Under the pieces are notes generated by a model that was not told the DNA's origin, did not search any database, and saw only the letters and a list, made by a program, of their open reading frames with translations. A stretch of 64,000 bases of DNA from contig JAQFVV010000006.1 in the NCBI GenBank assembly GCA_028023455.1, positions 5,952,001 through 6,016,000 of the forward strand. Reading direction: 5' to 3'. This DNA is from Epiperipatus broadwayi (taxonomy: Eukaryota; Animalia; Onychophora). Within the stretch, counting starts at the first letter, position 1; every line of letters begins with the position of its first letter. The position numbers were made by a program, and so were the translations under genes. This document shows, one piece after another, positions 1-12,280 of the stretch.

Positions 1-535
1 CATATATGTTGAAAAGATAAATAATCACCAATATACGTATTTCATGCTAAACCAGCACTCATCAGTTGGTCCAGATTATCATCTCTATACATATATGCAA
101 TAAGTGCTCAGATATATATTAAGATAGACAATCTTCATACTTTAATGGACGGGCTTCAATCCACTCCACTCTGCAATTCTTCAACCATCCATCCAATTGA
201 AAATCTGATGGAAATATTCAAAGGCCAACCCGGGGCCAGCATTCTTGTCATATTGTTGACCTAAAGTCAATCTGACCTCTCATGTACAGGACACAATCCA
301 TTTAATACATATACAATGGATGGGCAGACATCTCTAATATGTAATAACTGAAACACAGGCTTATTATATACCTGTATCAATATATGTAATATATAGGATA
401 TATGAGCACAGACTTTCACACAACCCACCACTCAATCTCAAATCACTGATACACTTGAACACATATATGTTGAAAAGATAAATAATCACCAATATACGTA
501 TTTCATGCTAAACCAGCAATCGTCAGTTAATACGG
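1..535 (-). mobile_element. Family A HHR-bearing tandem repeat (retrozyme-like), about 1.2 units, period 461 bp
   Basis: catatatgttgaaaagataaataatcacc occurs at 1 and 462; HHR motifs on the minus strand at 21-79 and (truncated) about 481-528. Confidence 0.85.
21..79 (-). ncRNA. Type I hammerhead ribozyme motif, family A (best-preserved copy)
   Basis: Minus strand reads ATAATC-TGG-ACCAA CTGATGA GTGCTG-GTT-TAGCAT GAAA TACGTA TA TTGGT GATTAT: full core, stem II, palindromic stem III (ATACGTAT), AUA cleavage triplet, stem I of 5+6 bp with a 3-nt bulge. Confidence 0.8.
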
Positions 536-859
536 AACAACAATATACATGAACTCTCACATGCCTACAATATGCTTCCATGAGCAGTTTTCTTTGCTTA
601 TCTGATATTTATTAATTACTCAAAGTTACAACAGATTTGAACTCAAGTTGTTAAAAAATGATAGACCAATGCACTAATATTTCCACAACAATGCCACATA
701 CACATTTTTGTGATTATCAGTGCATCTTTCACATTAGATCAATCGCATCACAACCATCTATTGTTGATGCCCAAAATTCAGACCAACCTCCCTCACTTGT
801 GGATACATTTTGAAATATCACTTCACTTTAATACAATTTTTTTTAGATATACTTTAACT

Positions 860-1290
860 ACAGAAATATATATTTTATATAATTCAAACTTCTATTCCAC
901 CACACATTCCTTAAACATATGTATGAAGACATATGAAAAAGAAAATGATCCCCAAGATGTGTGTTTTGAGCTGACTAGCACTCATCAGGTGATCTCTTAC
1001 CCTTTTTATCATTTATTTAATATTATATAGAACACAATTTACTGTAGTTTAATTACAGGTATCAAACTTCCTTTACTCACAGTTGTAATTTAACTTCATA
1101 CATTCATTTTTAAAGATATACTTTAACTTTCTATATGAATATTTCAAACTTTTATTTCAACATACGTTCCTGAAACACATGACCACAGACATGTGACAAT
1201 GATCCTCAAGATGCACATTTCATGCTTAAACAGTGCTCATCAGTTGGCTCATAACAAAAATCATGAATTACTTTCCTATATAAACCAAAA
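860..1290 (-). mobile_element. Family B HHR-bearing repeat, two degraded partial units
   Basis: HHR-like motifs at about 951-995 and 1201-1250 (minus strand ctgatgagcactgtttaagcatgaaatgtgcatcttg); similar to the 18495-19510 array. Confidence 0.6.
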
Positions 1291-1384
1291 GCTATATATA
1301 TATAGTTATAGTCTTGAACAGGAATGGATTTTCTTCTCGTTACTGTCGCTACAAATATCTTGAATTACTTTTCGGTATAAATTA

Positions 1385-1505
1385 CGAAGAATTTGAACTC
1401 AGACTTTCAAGTTCCTTCAGCTATCCACTTCATCTTCTACAACCAATACACATGACCACATACATGTGAAAACGATAAATGATCTCCAATATACATATTT
1501 CAGTA
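1385..1505 (-). mobile_element. Family C (A-related) fragment with tRNA-like module
   Basis: atttgaactcagactttcaagttccttcag matches the tRNA-like end of the copies at 40500 and 50930-51015. Confidence 0.6.
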
Positions 1506-2777
1506 TATAAATAATCTAAAGTATATATTTGCGCTTAATAAGAATTAATATTTACAAGTTTATTTTAGATTAAATCTTTTCTTTCCTTGCATTATTATCT
1601 TCCTGTTTTCAACCGGTTCCCCTCCTCTCCATTCATTGCAGAAACAAATTTTTAGAATGCTTTACCATATCCAATTCAGTTCTCCTTATAATTCTTTACC
1701 TAGCTTTCATAGCTGATCAGATATTTTAAGTACACGGCTATGACAATCAATTAGAGCGTCCTCTAGCGTTCATTATTATACTAATTTTGAAAAGAGCAAC
1801 TAATGGGTTAAGTATTGATTTATTTGGGCAGAGTTTTTCTGTTTTTTATCTATGTGAATGAGATTTTAACTTAATCTTTAATCTTATTAGAAACTCTAAT
1901 TCTTCTCTTTTTTTGAAATCCAAAACTGAAGATCAAATGTATGCACACACGTAAATAACATGTACATAAGAGTAATTTCAAGTTAAAGTAAAATAATAAT
2001 CAAACTTTTACCAAATTGCTACTAGCGACATCTATTTTTTTTTATTTTAATATTCTTATCATTTTATTTTCATTTAATGAGTGTTTTTTATCTACTTTTT
2101 ATTTTTTGAAATTTTAAATAACATTCTATACTTTAACAAAAAATCAATACTTCATTACACAATAGTTAAAAGAATATTTTTAAAAAAAAATCATTAATGT
2201 TAGTCAAAATATTTATTTTTAATATTAAAAAAAAAAAATAATCACATCTGAGTAAAAACTGATATTCTAAAAATTTTTACATTCTTATTAAAATTTCAGC
2301 TAGGATTAATTTTATAAAATAAACAAATAAATATCCTATTAATAGATATTCAATGAACATAATATCAAGCCACTCCAAATATATATATATCACAGCTGCA
2401 ATCTATGAACAAATTAAGATAGAAATAAAGCAATCTGAAGTCCATATTGTAATTTTGTCATAATTAGATATGTCCCTGCTTGGTCAGGTGTGGTGGTAAA
2501 AGTGGCAGTCATTGAATCATATTCCAGTTCTGTCTCTTCCGACATTCAAACTTTCAAATAATAAATTATTCGTTATTCTTTCACCCTGTCTGGATTTAAA
2601 ACAATTATAAAGTGACTGATTCTACACCAGAAGATCACGGATCATAACTTTATAAGCTCCAGATTAACAAATCATTCAATTACTTTATTTTTTAATAATA
2701 GAATCCGAAGCTGAGATTCAATCTGGTATTTGAATGTCACATGACTTCCAATTATTACTTTTGCCCAATGTAGTTTA

Positions 2778-3644
2778 ATAGCTGAAATACACAGGCTTAT
2801 ATATACCTGTGTCTATATAGACAGGGTATGAGCACAGACTTTCACATGACCCACCACTCTCCACACCATCTCATAACACTGATACACCTGAACACACATG
2901 TCGAAAAGATAAATAATCACCAATATACGTATTTCATGCTAAACCAGCAATCATCAGTTGGTCCAGATTACCATCTCTACACATATATGCTACAAGTACT
3001 CAGATATATATTAAAATAACAAATCCTCATACTTTAATGGACAGGCTTCAATCTACTCCACACTCCAACTCTTCAACAGTCCATCCAATTGAAAATCTTA
3101 TGATGGAACGCTCAAAGGCCACCCTGAGGCTGAGATTATTGTCACACCCATGTTGGCCTAAGGTCAATCTGCCTATCCCTTGTATATGTATTTAATGGAT
3201 TATGTCCTATCCCTTGTATATGTATTTAATGGATTATGTCCTATCCCTTGTATATGTATTTAATGGATTATGTCCTGTACATGAGGGATCAGATTGACCT
3301 TAAGGTCAACATGGGTGTGACAATAATCTCGGCCTCAGGGTGGCCTTTGAGTGTTTCATCATCAGATTTTCAATTGGATGAACTGTTGAAGGGTTGGAGT
3401 GTGGAGTAGATTGTAACCTGTCCATTAAAGTAGGAGGATTTGCTATCTTAATATATATCTGATCACTTGTAGCATAAATGTGTAGAGATGGTAATCTGGA
3501 CCAACTGATGATTGCTGGTTTAGCATGAAATACGTATATTGGTGATTATTTCTTTTTGACATGTGTGTTCAGGTGTATCAGTGTTATGAGATGGTGTGGA
3601 GAGTGGTGGGTCATGTGAAAGTCTGTGTTCATATCCTGTCTATT
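2778..3644. mobile_element. Family A inverted (fold-back) dimer with 13-bp TSD
   Basis: Minus copy about 2780-3170 and plus copy about 3175-3644; ccaatgtagttta at 2765-2777 and 3645-3657; HHR motifs near 2915-2970 (-) and 3491-3549 (+). Confidence 0.85.
3172..3275. repeat. 34-bp unit x3 at the inversion junction
   Basis: cctatcccttgtatatgtatttaatggattatgt repeated three times. Confidence 0.9.
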
Positions 3645-4936
3645 CCAATGTAGTTTAGCCAATAACATAATAATAGATTCAAAAAACAATTTTTATATGA
3701 AAACCCTTTCTTTTTGGCATAATCAATCACATCTTGTGCTCAATCATCATATGATTTTCTGAATAACTAATCATTGGATTAATAATTAATGTATATATAA
3801 GATAACAATAAAACAATCTGATCTATATTATAAATTTTGTCATAATTAATGGCCATGTAGGGTCTGGTATGTGATAGAGAGGCAGACATTGAAGTTCAGG
3901 ATTTATGGATCATGTCCTGGTTGTCTTTTCCAGTACTTCATCTTGTCTAATTTAGAACAATCAGAGAATGACTGATTGTAGAGCAGAAGGTCCATGGATT
4001 ATAACTTCATAAACTTCAGATTAACAAATCATTCAATTACTTAATTTTTAATAATGGAGTCTGAAGTTGGATATACATAGATTGAGATTCAATCTGTTGA
4101 TATGGTATTTGAATGTCATAAGACATTCTGAGTAATACTATCCTATTATTTATTTTGTCTAGTGCAATTTAACACAGTAATGTAATAAATAGATTCAAAA
4201 ACAAACAATTTTTATATGAAAACTATTTTTTTTAGTATAATCAATCATATCTTGTGCTCAATCATTACACAATCTTCTGAATAACTAACTGTTGAATTAA
4301 TAATTAATATATATAAGGTAACAATAAAACAATCTGATCTATATTATAATTTTGTCATAATTAATGACCTGCAGGATCTGGTGGGTAATAGAGAGGCAGA
4401 CAAAGTTCACAATCTATGGATCATGTCCTGGTTGTCTTTTCCAATGCAGACACAAGTTCACAATCTATGGATCATGTCCTGGTTGTCTTTTCCAATACTT
4501 CACCTTGTCCAGAGTGACTGATTTTAGACCAGAAGATAAACAAGGATTATTACTTCATGAGCTTCAGATTAACAAATCATTCAATTACTTTATTTTTAAT
4601 GATGGAAATGTGGAATTGGATATACATGGATTGAGATTCAATCTGATGATATGGTATTTGAATGTCATAAGACATTCTGAGTGATACTATCCAATTATTA
4701 TTTTGCCCAGGATAGTTTAGCACAATAATGTAATAATAGATTCAAAAACAAACAATTTTTATATGGAAACAATTTCCTTTTGATATGATCAGGCATATCT
4801 TGTGCTCAATCATCATATGACCATCTGAATAACTAACCATTGGATTGATAATTAATGTGGTAGCAATAAAACAGCCTTGGGATGGTTTTCAGAAGGAATT
4901 TCTCTATTGAAGGTAGATAAGATGATGTAGTCTTGG

Positions 4937-5165
4937 CAGCAGATAAAAAACAACAAGATCTTCTTGCTAGATTGATTGATAATGAGCAGAAATAGAGTAT
5001 GAACAAATGTCAAATATAAAGCAAAACAAAGGTAATGTGGTTAACCCTAGGTTTTCCAGCAGATAAAGAACAACAACTTCTGTTAGATCAATCGATAAAG
5101 AGCATGAATAGAATATATATGAAGGTCAAATATAAAGCAAAACAAGGCTAATGGAATTATCCAGA
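4937..5165. repeat. Two-copy tandem repeat, about 120 bp
   Basis: cagcagataaa...caacaa and gtcaaatataaagcaaaacaa each occur twice. Confidence 0.6.
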
Positions 5166-5399
5166 TAAATAATAGTTATAACTGTGAAAATTATTTTGCC
5201 AAAATAAGTTTCAGAGTTTGTTTATCTGAACTTTGGATGGACAATATTATACAAAGATAAATATGAGACTATTGTTGGCATCCAAAGTATTTGTAAAATT
5301 GTCTCTCATAAGGAAAAACAAAAGCACAGAAGTGTAAACTATTAAAGAATTTGATATGATCTTTTATAACACAAATGTGAAGCACAGACCCCGAAGAAA

Positions 5400-5880
5400 C
5401 CAAAAATAAGTGAACATTGGTTATATTTTGTTTTGAAATGATATGGTATCAAAGAATACTTGGAATGTTTTGTTGCATAAAAGAACTAATGAATAGACTT
5501 TGGGATGAAGAGAGTTATGGTATTTTAGACTTACCCTAAAATAAGTGGAAACATTAGAAAACAATGTCATGATTGAAGTTGCGAGAGGGTCAAGAGAAAA
5601 CAGATAACCAAGATTGACAGAGGTGAGTAACATTACAGAATAAGCAGAAATAATATCATTGGAAGCATATGGAAAAGCAAAAGAGAGAATGATCGGGAGG
5701 TAAATCATTCACATTATCAACCAGGGCCAAGTAGATGAAGATGATAAATATGCAATGGCTCATTAAGCTTAATGATAAAACTGGGAAATTGAGATGCTGG
5801 AATAAATTATATAAGGAAACTATTATCCATGCTCTGGCAAACTAGTATCAATGATGCTCGAGTATGGTGCTTTGTTGTCC
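5400..5880 (-). mobile_element. Possible old LINE (I/Jockey/L2-group) ORF2 remnant
   Basis: Pyrimidine-rich minus-strand ORF 5421-5708 with weak resemblance to the post-RT region; no catalytic motif seen. Confidence 0.25.
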
Positions 5881-6189
5881 AGTTATTTTGTATATTTGAA
5901 TATATAATCAATAGAATATAACAAACACATATAAGAAATAAACAAAAACAATACTGTATTCAATAAAAATGTCAGATGATTAGTTGCTTGGGAAGACAGG
6001 TGAGATTTGAGCATTAGATGTGACAAGTTGATCACCATTAAACTGCACAGACTACAGTCCTGATAACACGTGCTTTCACATTCATGTATAACTGATGATT
6101 TTTCTAGCTATGTTTATGAAGAAAAAATAATGAACCCAGTGGTATAAAGACCTTTCTATTTTCACTACTTTTACGGCATAGCCTTAGTG

Positions 6190-6370
6190 GTCAATAGTTG
6201 GCAGTGCTTAATAAATCCTTATCCAGTGCTGTCTTATCCAAACACCCCCAGAACAGTTTCTAACTTATAGCTTTCATCAGGGTGGAAATTTATGGATTTT
6301 TTGAACAGTGCACTTAGACCATTTGAATCTAAAGTATTTTTTCTCCAGAAGCTTTGTTTTACCTTTTTTA
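6190..6370 (-). mobile_element. Family F HHR repeat, degraded
   Basis: Minus strand ctgatgaaagctataagttagaaactgttctggggg. Confidence 0.55.
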
Positions 6371-6559
6371 ATGCTACAAAGCTATCAGCACTACCATCTG
6401 GCATCTTTAATTTCTAAAGCTTACACTAGATGGCGTAAAAGTAATGATGATAAAAGAATATGCTAATGAATAGCAATGTGTAAGCTAAGGTCATGTGATC
6501 ACTTGTTAGGTGTGTTTGATGTGTGGGATTTGTATAAAGATATTACAATATGCAAATTT

Positions 6560-7000
6560 AATATATTTAATTAGATTGAACACAGATTTGTCCATTTAAT
6601 TATATAGAAGGGGGATAGACACAATTTGGGCTGAATCTGTACATTTAAATGAACACATAAATGTCCTATGTATGAGGGGTCAGAGTGACTTAAAGTCAGC
6701 ATGGGTATAAAAACAAAATTGGCCCCAACAAGATTTGAGCATTCCATAGTCAGATTTTTTAATAATATAGATGCCTGAAGGGTTGGAGAGTGGAGATAAT
6801 CTTAATATAAAATGAGCACTGATTATATATATGTGTGGGAGATGATGATCTAGACCAACTATTGAATGCTGGTTCAGCATGAAATACATATATCGGAGAT
6901 CATTTTTATTTTTCACATGTATGTGGTCATGTGCATTAGTTATATACAATACAGTGGATAACTGTAGAAACTTGAAAGTCTAAGCTCATATCCCATCCCC
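6560..7000 (+). mobile_element. Family C (A-related) unit with degenerate HHR and tRNA-like end
   Basis: gaccaactattgaatgctggttcagcatgaaatacatatatcgg near 6850-6897; cttgaaagtctaagctc near 6971. Confidence 0.7.
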
Positions 7001-7134
7001 TATAATCACATCTATGTTCAGTATATACATTATATTTGTATTCAAATTTAATAAATGTGTGATTATTAAATGATCAGTAAAATATAACCTTAGTTTTCAT
7101 TCAATGATGGTAATTAGAAAATTCTTTTATTCTT

Positions 7135-7560
7135 CTGCCACCTGGTATTAGCTTTAGTAATCATTGGATGTGTTAGATGATGGTGCTTATTAAATTTTTA
7201 TCTACTAGTGCTCTACCCAAATATCCTTTGAATAGTTTCTAGATTATGCCTTTCATCAGTGAGAAGGGTTTAGGACTTTTTTCTACAGTGTACTTGAACT
7301 TTTGGATCCAATGCAACTTTTCTCTAACAGCCATTTTTACTGTTTTTTTTTTTGTATGCAAGCAAATAGGCTTATGATTTAAGTTTTCTAATTGGAGCTG
7401 GTAACTTGATAGTTTAAAAGAAAAGAGGGAAATGGCTGCTAGAGGAAAGGTAGATAAGCTGCAAAAGATCTGAGTGTCCTGTTTAAAAAATCTCCTCTCT
7501 GAAAGCCATAAACTAAACTAGAAATTAATCAGGCATATTTCAGTAAGACAACAACTGAAT
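7135..7560. mobile_element. Family F degraded inverted pair
   Basis: Minus copy about 7135-7345 (tttcatcagtgag near 7251) and degraded plus copy about 7400-7550. Confidence 0.5.
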
Positions 7561-7629
7561 AAAGATTTATTAAGTTCTACCAATTAGCATCTACTGAATA
7601 CTAAAACTTACACTAATTAGCATAAAGAA

Positions 7630-8050
7630 TGGGAAGATTAAAAGAAACCACTAAACATCACATGATCAACATTCTTTATGCTTACACAAGCTGTTTATAC
7701 AGAAGCCAACCTCCCCTTACAGTAGTGTCACTTAATACAAGCCAGAGTAATCAATGGATGCAAGGTTTGTGCATAAAATTCCTATCTAATGCCTACTCAT
7801 CCAATATCTCAAAACTAGTTTGTAACTTGTGGATAGATCCAAGGCTCCTCACTGATGAAAGCCATAAGCTAGAAACTAACTGGTCTGGGAATATTGGATG
7901 AGTAGGCACTAGGTAGGGATTTTATGCACAACCCTTCTTGCATCCATCGATTATTCTGCTTTGCACTGAGTGATGCTACTGTATGGAGAGTTTAGCTTCT
8001 GTGTAAGAATAAAAGAACATGTATTGTTGGGTTGTTTTTTTAATCTTATA
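7630..8050. mobile_element. Family F fold-back
   Basis: Arms of about 200 bp around about 7835; plus-strand HHR ctcctcactgatgaaagccataagctagaaac near 7845-7876. Confidence 0.8.
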
Positions 8051-8599
8051 CATGTTGCAGAAAATAAAAGCAAAATATCAAATCAAAATGTCAGAAATAT
8101 TAGAAGACATATCAGAGAAGGATAATTTTGTAAAACATTGTCTCAACATATAATGTTATGACAAATTACAAATCATAATTTACAATAGCAAAATACCTAC
8201 ACAACAACTATTTATGGAAAACGTACTAATCAACACATGAAATATTCAATGTAAATCAATAGATTAAAAAAATCAATAAACCAATATTCAGTTACAAAGT
8301 GTGGTAACAGTTTTCAGATAAAAAACAGAATTATAACGTATTCAATGAACCATTGATGAATGCTATCAGAACTAGATGATTAATAATGTTGATTATGTAG
8401 CAGCCTTTACTTGTGAATCACAATCTATGATTGAACATAGATTTTAGTTGATTGATCTTCTATTAAAAGTTATAAATCCTCATTATTACTAACATTAAAT
8501 TATTTCACTCACTGTAAGATGAAAATCTCTTTAAATGTGATAGTGTTTCTTCTCCACATCACTCTAAAAATCTCTCTTACTTATCCTATTATGTCCCAT

Positions 8600-8860
8600 A
8601 TGTTATATTTTGAGAATTTTTACAAAATTTTTAGGATTCAGTTTAAGACTTTAATAGTCCATTAATTGGTCATGACTTCTAGAAGCAAGCCCAGCCCACC
8701 AGTAATTTAATTTCGTCTTTTCAATGATGGAACAATAGCTGTTTGTTCTCTAACCCATATGTTTTGTTTCTGATCCATTCTTGTTATTTCCAATATAAAT
8801 TTTCCATAGTATTATTCGTTTATTAAGCATCCAAATTTCATAATGATACACGGATAAAAT
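8600..8860 (-). mobile_element. RTE-clade LINE C-terminal remnant
   Basis: Minus-strand translation LEITRMDQKQNIWVREQT...WTIKVLN*IP resembles the RTE LG(I/V)TRRD..RN.W.R.QT / W.PR region. Confidence 0.55.
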
Positions 8861-9254
8861 ATATTTATTAATTTTCCTTTTTTTTTTTCTAAATAAATTT
8901 CTTTTTTTTTTAATTAGTTGTTTCTACCAAAAGAACTTTATCTCAATCTACAATATTACCAATAAGAGTTGTAAATAAATTTCTTAAAACTTAAAATGTA
9001 TAATACCAATCAAAAGAAAGGTCTTACGGAATAATAATTAGTGTGTTTGCCTGCCATATTTCTAACTTGAGATTCAAATCAGGATTAGGTAATAAATATA
9101 TCAAAGATTTTTTTTCCCAGCAAGTCATGCCATCATTAATCTAGCTAGCTATTTTATTTTTAATTGATAAATGGATATCTATCTTTTATTTATTAGAGAA
9201 TAAAAATTCTAGATTAATCTAAATAATTAGACAAATTTAGTGTCATCCATTATG

Positions 9255-9700
9255 GTTTTCTTCGTTGAAACAGGCAAACTCTCTATACATATTGCTATTC
9301 TGTGCAAGCCAGAGTTATCAATGGATTCCAGAAGCCTTGTACATAAAAGCCCCATCTATGTACCTACTCATCCAACATTCCAGACTAGTTTCTGGCTTGT
9401 GGCCTTTGTCAGTGAGGAGCCTTGGATCTGAGTGCACTGCACTTAGATCTTAGGATCTCAAGATCTAAGTGCAGTGCTCTCAGATTCAAGGCTCCTCTCT
9501 GCTGAAGGCACAAGCCAGAAACTAGTCTGGAGATATTGGATGAGTAGGCACATAGATGGGATTTTATGCAGAAGCCTTCTGGCATCCATTGATTTCTCTG
9601 GCTTGCACTGAGTGGCAATATGTATAGAGAGTTCGCCTTTTAAATAACAGTTATAAGCAAGCATAAGAAAAGGTGATCATGTGATGTTTTTCTTTGCATT
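9255..9700. mobile_element. Family F fold-back, flanked by about 240-bp direct repeats (about 9000-9245 and 9765-10045)
   Basis: Inverted arms centred at about 9455 (agatct taggatctca agatct); HHR-like motifs at about 9380-9420 (-) and 9492-9530 (+). Confidence 0.85.
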
Positions 9701-11619
9701 AATAATTGAACAGAGTATTTGTAAGTGTTGACTTTGAATACTGTTAAAACTTCGCATGAGCACCACCTACCAATCAAAACAGAACATCTTAGCGAATAAT
9801 GATTATGAGTATTCACCTGATATATTTCTAACTTGGGATTCAAATGTTAGTTCAATAACAAATTAGCTAAGAATTTTTTTTTTCAGACAGCCATCCCATC
9901 ATTAATTTAGTTAACTATTTGATTCATAAATGGATATTTAGATCTTACTTGCTGGTTCATGATGAATGGTTTTGATTCATAAATGGATATCTAGCTCTTA
10001 CTTGCTAGTTCCTGATTAATCTAAGTGGTTAGATAAATATTGATGCGCTGGTTGTTCAAACAAAAAATATAATTCCAGAGCAAATTTATAACTTTTCTTA
10101 AAGCAATAGTATATACAACATACGTGTTTATTATTGAATTACATTGCTTTAAGAAATGTGTAAGAAAAGTTTTATTTATTAGTTTTAACATAATATGCTA
10201 GCTTTTAAGCCAATAGACATCACATGATCACCATTTCTGTGTGTGGCAATACATATAGTAAGTTTTGCCTGTTTTAAATGCTAGCTTTTATTAACGTAGT
10301 ATGCTAAGTATGCTTTCAACTAACTGGTAATCGTAATCATAAAAACAACAGTAATTGTAATAAAATATGGTGTTCAACACTATCAAAAATGGTATCTTAC
10401 TCTTACTACATACTCTTACTACTAGACCTCATGGTTTATTTTTACCTTTATTCTAAATGTGAAACTTTATCAAAACAAAATTTAAAGTAATTGCTCTTTC
10501 ATTTACATACTTCATATAACCAGATGCTCCTTTCATATATTTTTCTGTCACTTTTCTGCATATTGTTTTATTTGCATGTATGAAGATATTCAATGCCTAA
10601 TTATAGGTACTGGAGGGAGGAATAAAGAAGTAAGTTTATGGCAAGTTCAAAGCAACCATTTATTAAATAAAAAAGAAAATAGAGAAATATGTAGTCCATG
10701 TGGAATATAACTCTGAATTGCAAAAAAAGTCACAAAGTTGAAACATGCTTTCCATACAACAAAAATGTTCATAAATAGAATAAACAAAGTGACTTTTCTG
10801 TTAACTGCAGCCAACAGCAAGCAAGTTTATGCAGATTCCTTACATTCTGTAGAACAATTTTCTGGTGTGCCAAGGATTGATTATATCTTTACGTTCATGA
10901 TCTTAAATCATATCAATCATATCTATAAATCCACTGGAACTTGCTTTTCTAAATGCTCTCTGACCCCCTCATTTTATCGGCAACAGTTGTGCCGTTAAAT
11001 CAAATTTCTATGATGTTCATCTTGTTTTGCTGTTTAAGTAGAAAGCATATTCTGATGACTTTTTAGCAATTGATTATCATCTTAGTCTCATTCAATCTCA
11101 TTCTTTTCTGCTTCGTACCATCATTACTTATATTTTGAATATGTCTTCAATTTCACTTTCAGACTAGTTTTTATAGAAACGCTGTAAAATTGTTAATTAA
11201 ATTTTGCAAAAATGGTTTACAGTGAGTGATATCTCACAACAATAACAGAGCGATAATTATTACTGGATCAGTAATTTATCTCTTATTGATCTTTGCGGTT
11301 TAGCAATTTTTCTAATAATATAGATCATACCAATTTAAAAACCCATAAATCCTGACAGATGAACTGGTTTATATTTGAATCATCTTTAGGAAATGCTTGT
11401 TTTACCTTGACAATGCATACATTGGGGTGGGGGTGGAGATTCTATGAACCTGTGGCAAAATGCAGGTGTTATCAATAGATCGTATATAGACTCTGCAACT
11501 TATTTTTTTATAAAAACATACAATAATATATTAGATGTGATAATAAGTTGGATCATTTTCATAATCTATCAGTAAATGTTGCATGTATAAAAAAATTTAA
11601 TCTTTATTTAAACTTTTCA

Positions 11620-11940
11620 AATACAAATAACTTGTTAGTAATAACACACAAATAGACAACACGGGTTAATAATTACACAATGTTTCGAGTAGTAGGATTC
11701 TCAACTCTCCTTCAGGTGTTATTGGCCTGACCAGTGACAGTATTAGCATAAGAATCAAATTTGCACCTTTAGATTCTCATCGAATTTAAGGCAGTGAATT
11801 TGACTGTTATGCTAATACGTCACTGATCAGGCCAGCAACACCTGAAGAAGAGTGGAGGATAATATTATTCAAACGTTGTGCTATTGCTAACCCGGTTAAT
11901 ATACTTATGTGTTGTTACTAACAAGTTATTTGTATTTACT
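11620..11940. mobile_element. Family D divergent inverted pair, each arm with a hammerhead-like core
   Basis: aaatacaaataacttgttagtaataacac / gtgttgttactaacaagttatttgtattt; ctgaagaagag...ttcaaacgttgtgc (+, from 11842) and ctgaaggagag...ctcgaaacattgtgt (-, about 11675-11715). Confidence 0.75.
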
Positions 11941-12039
11941 GGTAACTTATAATTAATCAAAGGTATTACTATCTAACTGCCAAAATTTTAAAATGTGTTG
12001 CTATTTATTTTTTTCAGACTATCAAAAATTAAAAAATAA

Positions 12040-12280
12040 ACACGTCATAATTTAAATGGGTATATTTGCGTAATACATATATATATGACCCAATCATTTA
12101 TTGGCTTGAAAAGCGGGAATTTAAAACATGAGTCGCAATACTGATGAACCCCTTATTGAGGTTGTTGCAAAAATAAAATATTAAAATATGACGTAATAGC
12201 CTAAATTAGTGCGCGTTATATTGTCGTAATTTTATAACATATAATCTTATTTCAAAATGAATTTATTAGAGGGCGCTTCA
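12040..12280. promoter_or_regulatory. Candidate promoter-like CpG cluster
   Basis: About 9 CpG in 240 bp of otherwise CpG-poor DNA; CCAAT/ATTGG, GCGGGAATTTAAA (E2F/CHR-like), TGACGTAA, CACGTCA, TAGAGGGCGCT. Confidence 0.3.

Larger units (their letters stand above)
2400..4860. repeat. Local tandem satellite, unit about 515-550 bp, about 3 copies, interrupted by a family A insertion
   Basis: aatagattcaaaa recurs near 3672, 4188 and 4735; 2400-2780 is an upstream, more diverged copy. Confidence 0.75.

Noticed and set aside
3172-3275. 34-bp x3 repeat and the 98-bp minisatellite (20758-21195) as CRISPR arrays
   Set aside because: No unique spacers, no cas genes, eukaryotic context
4640-4680. CTGATGA plus hairpin in the satellite of about 530 bp as another hammerhead
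   Set aside because: No stem II-GAAA or stem I/III arrangement
10860-11185. Minus-strand DHERKDIINPWHTRK as a transposase DxWH motif
   Set aside because: The Asp is absent and frames are heavily interrupted
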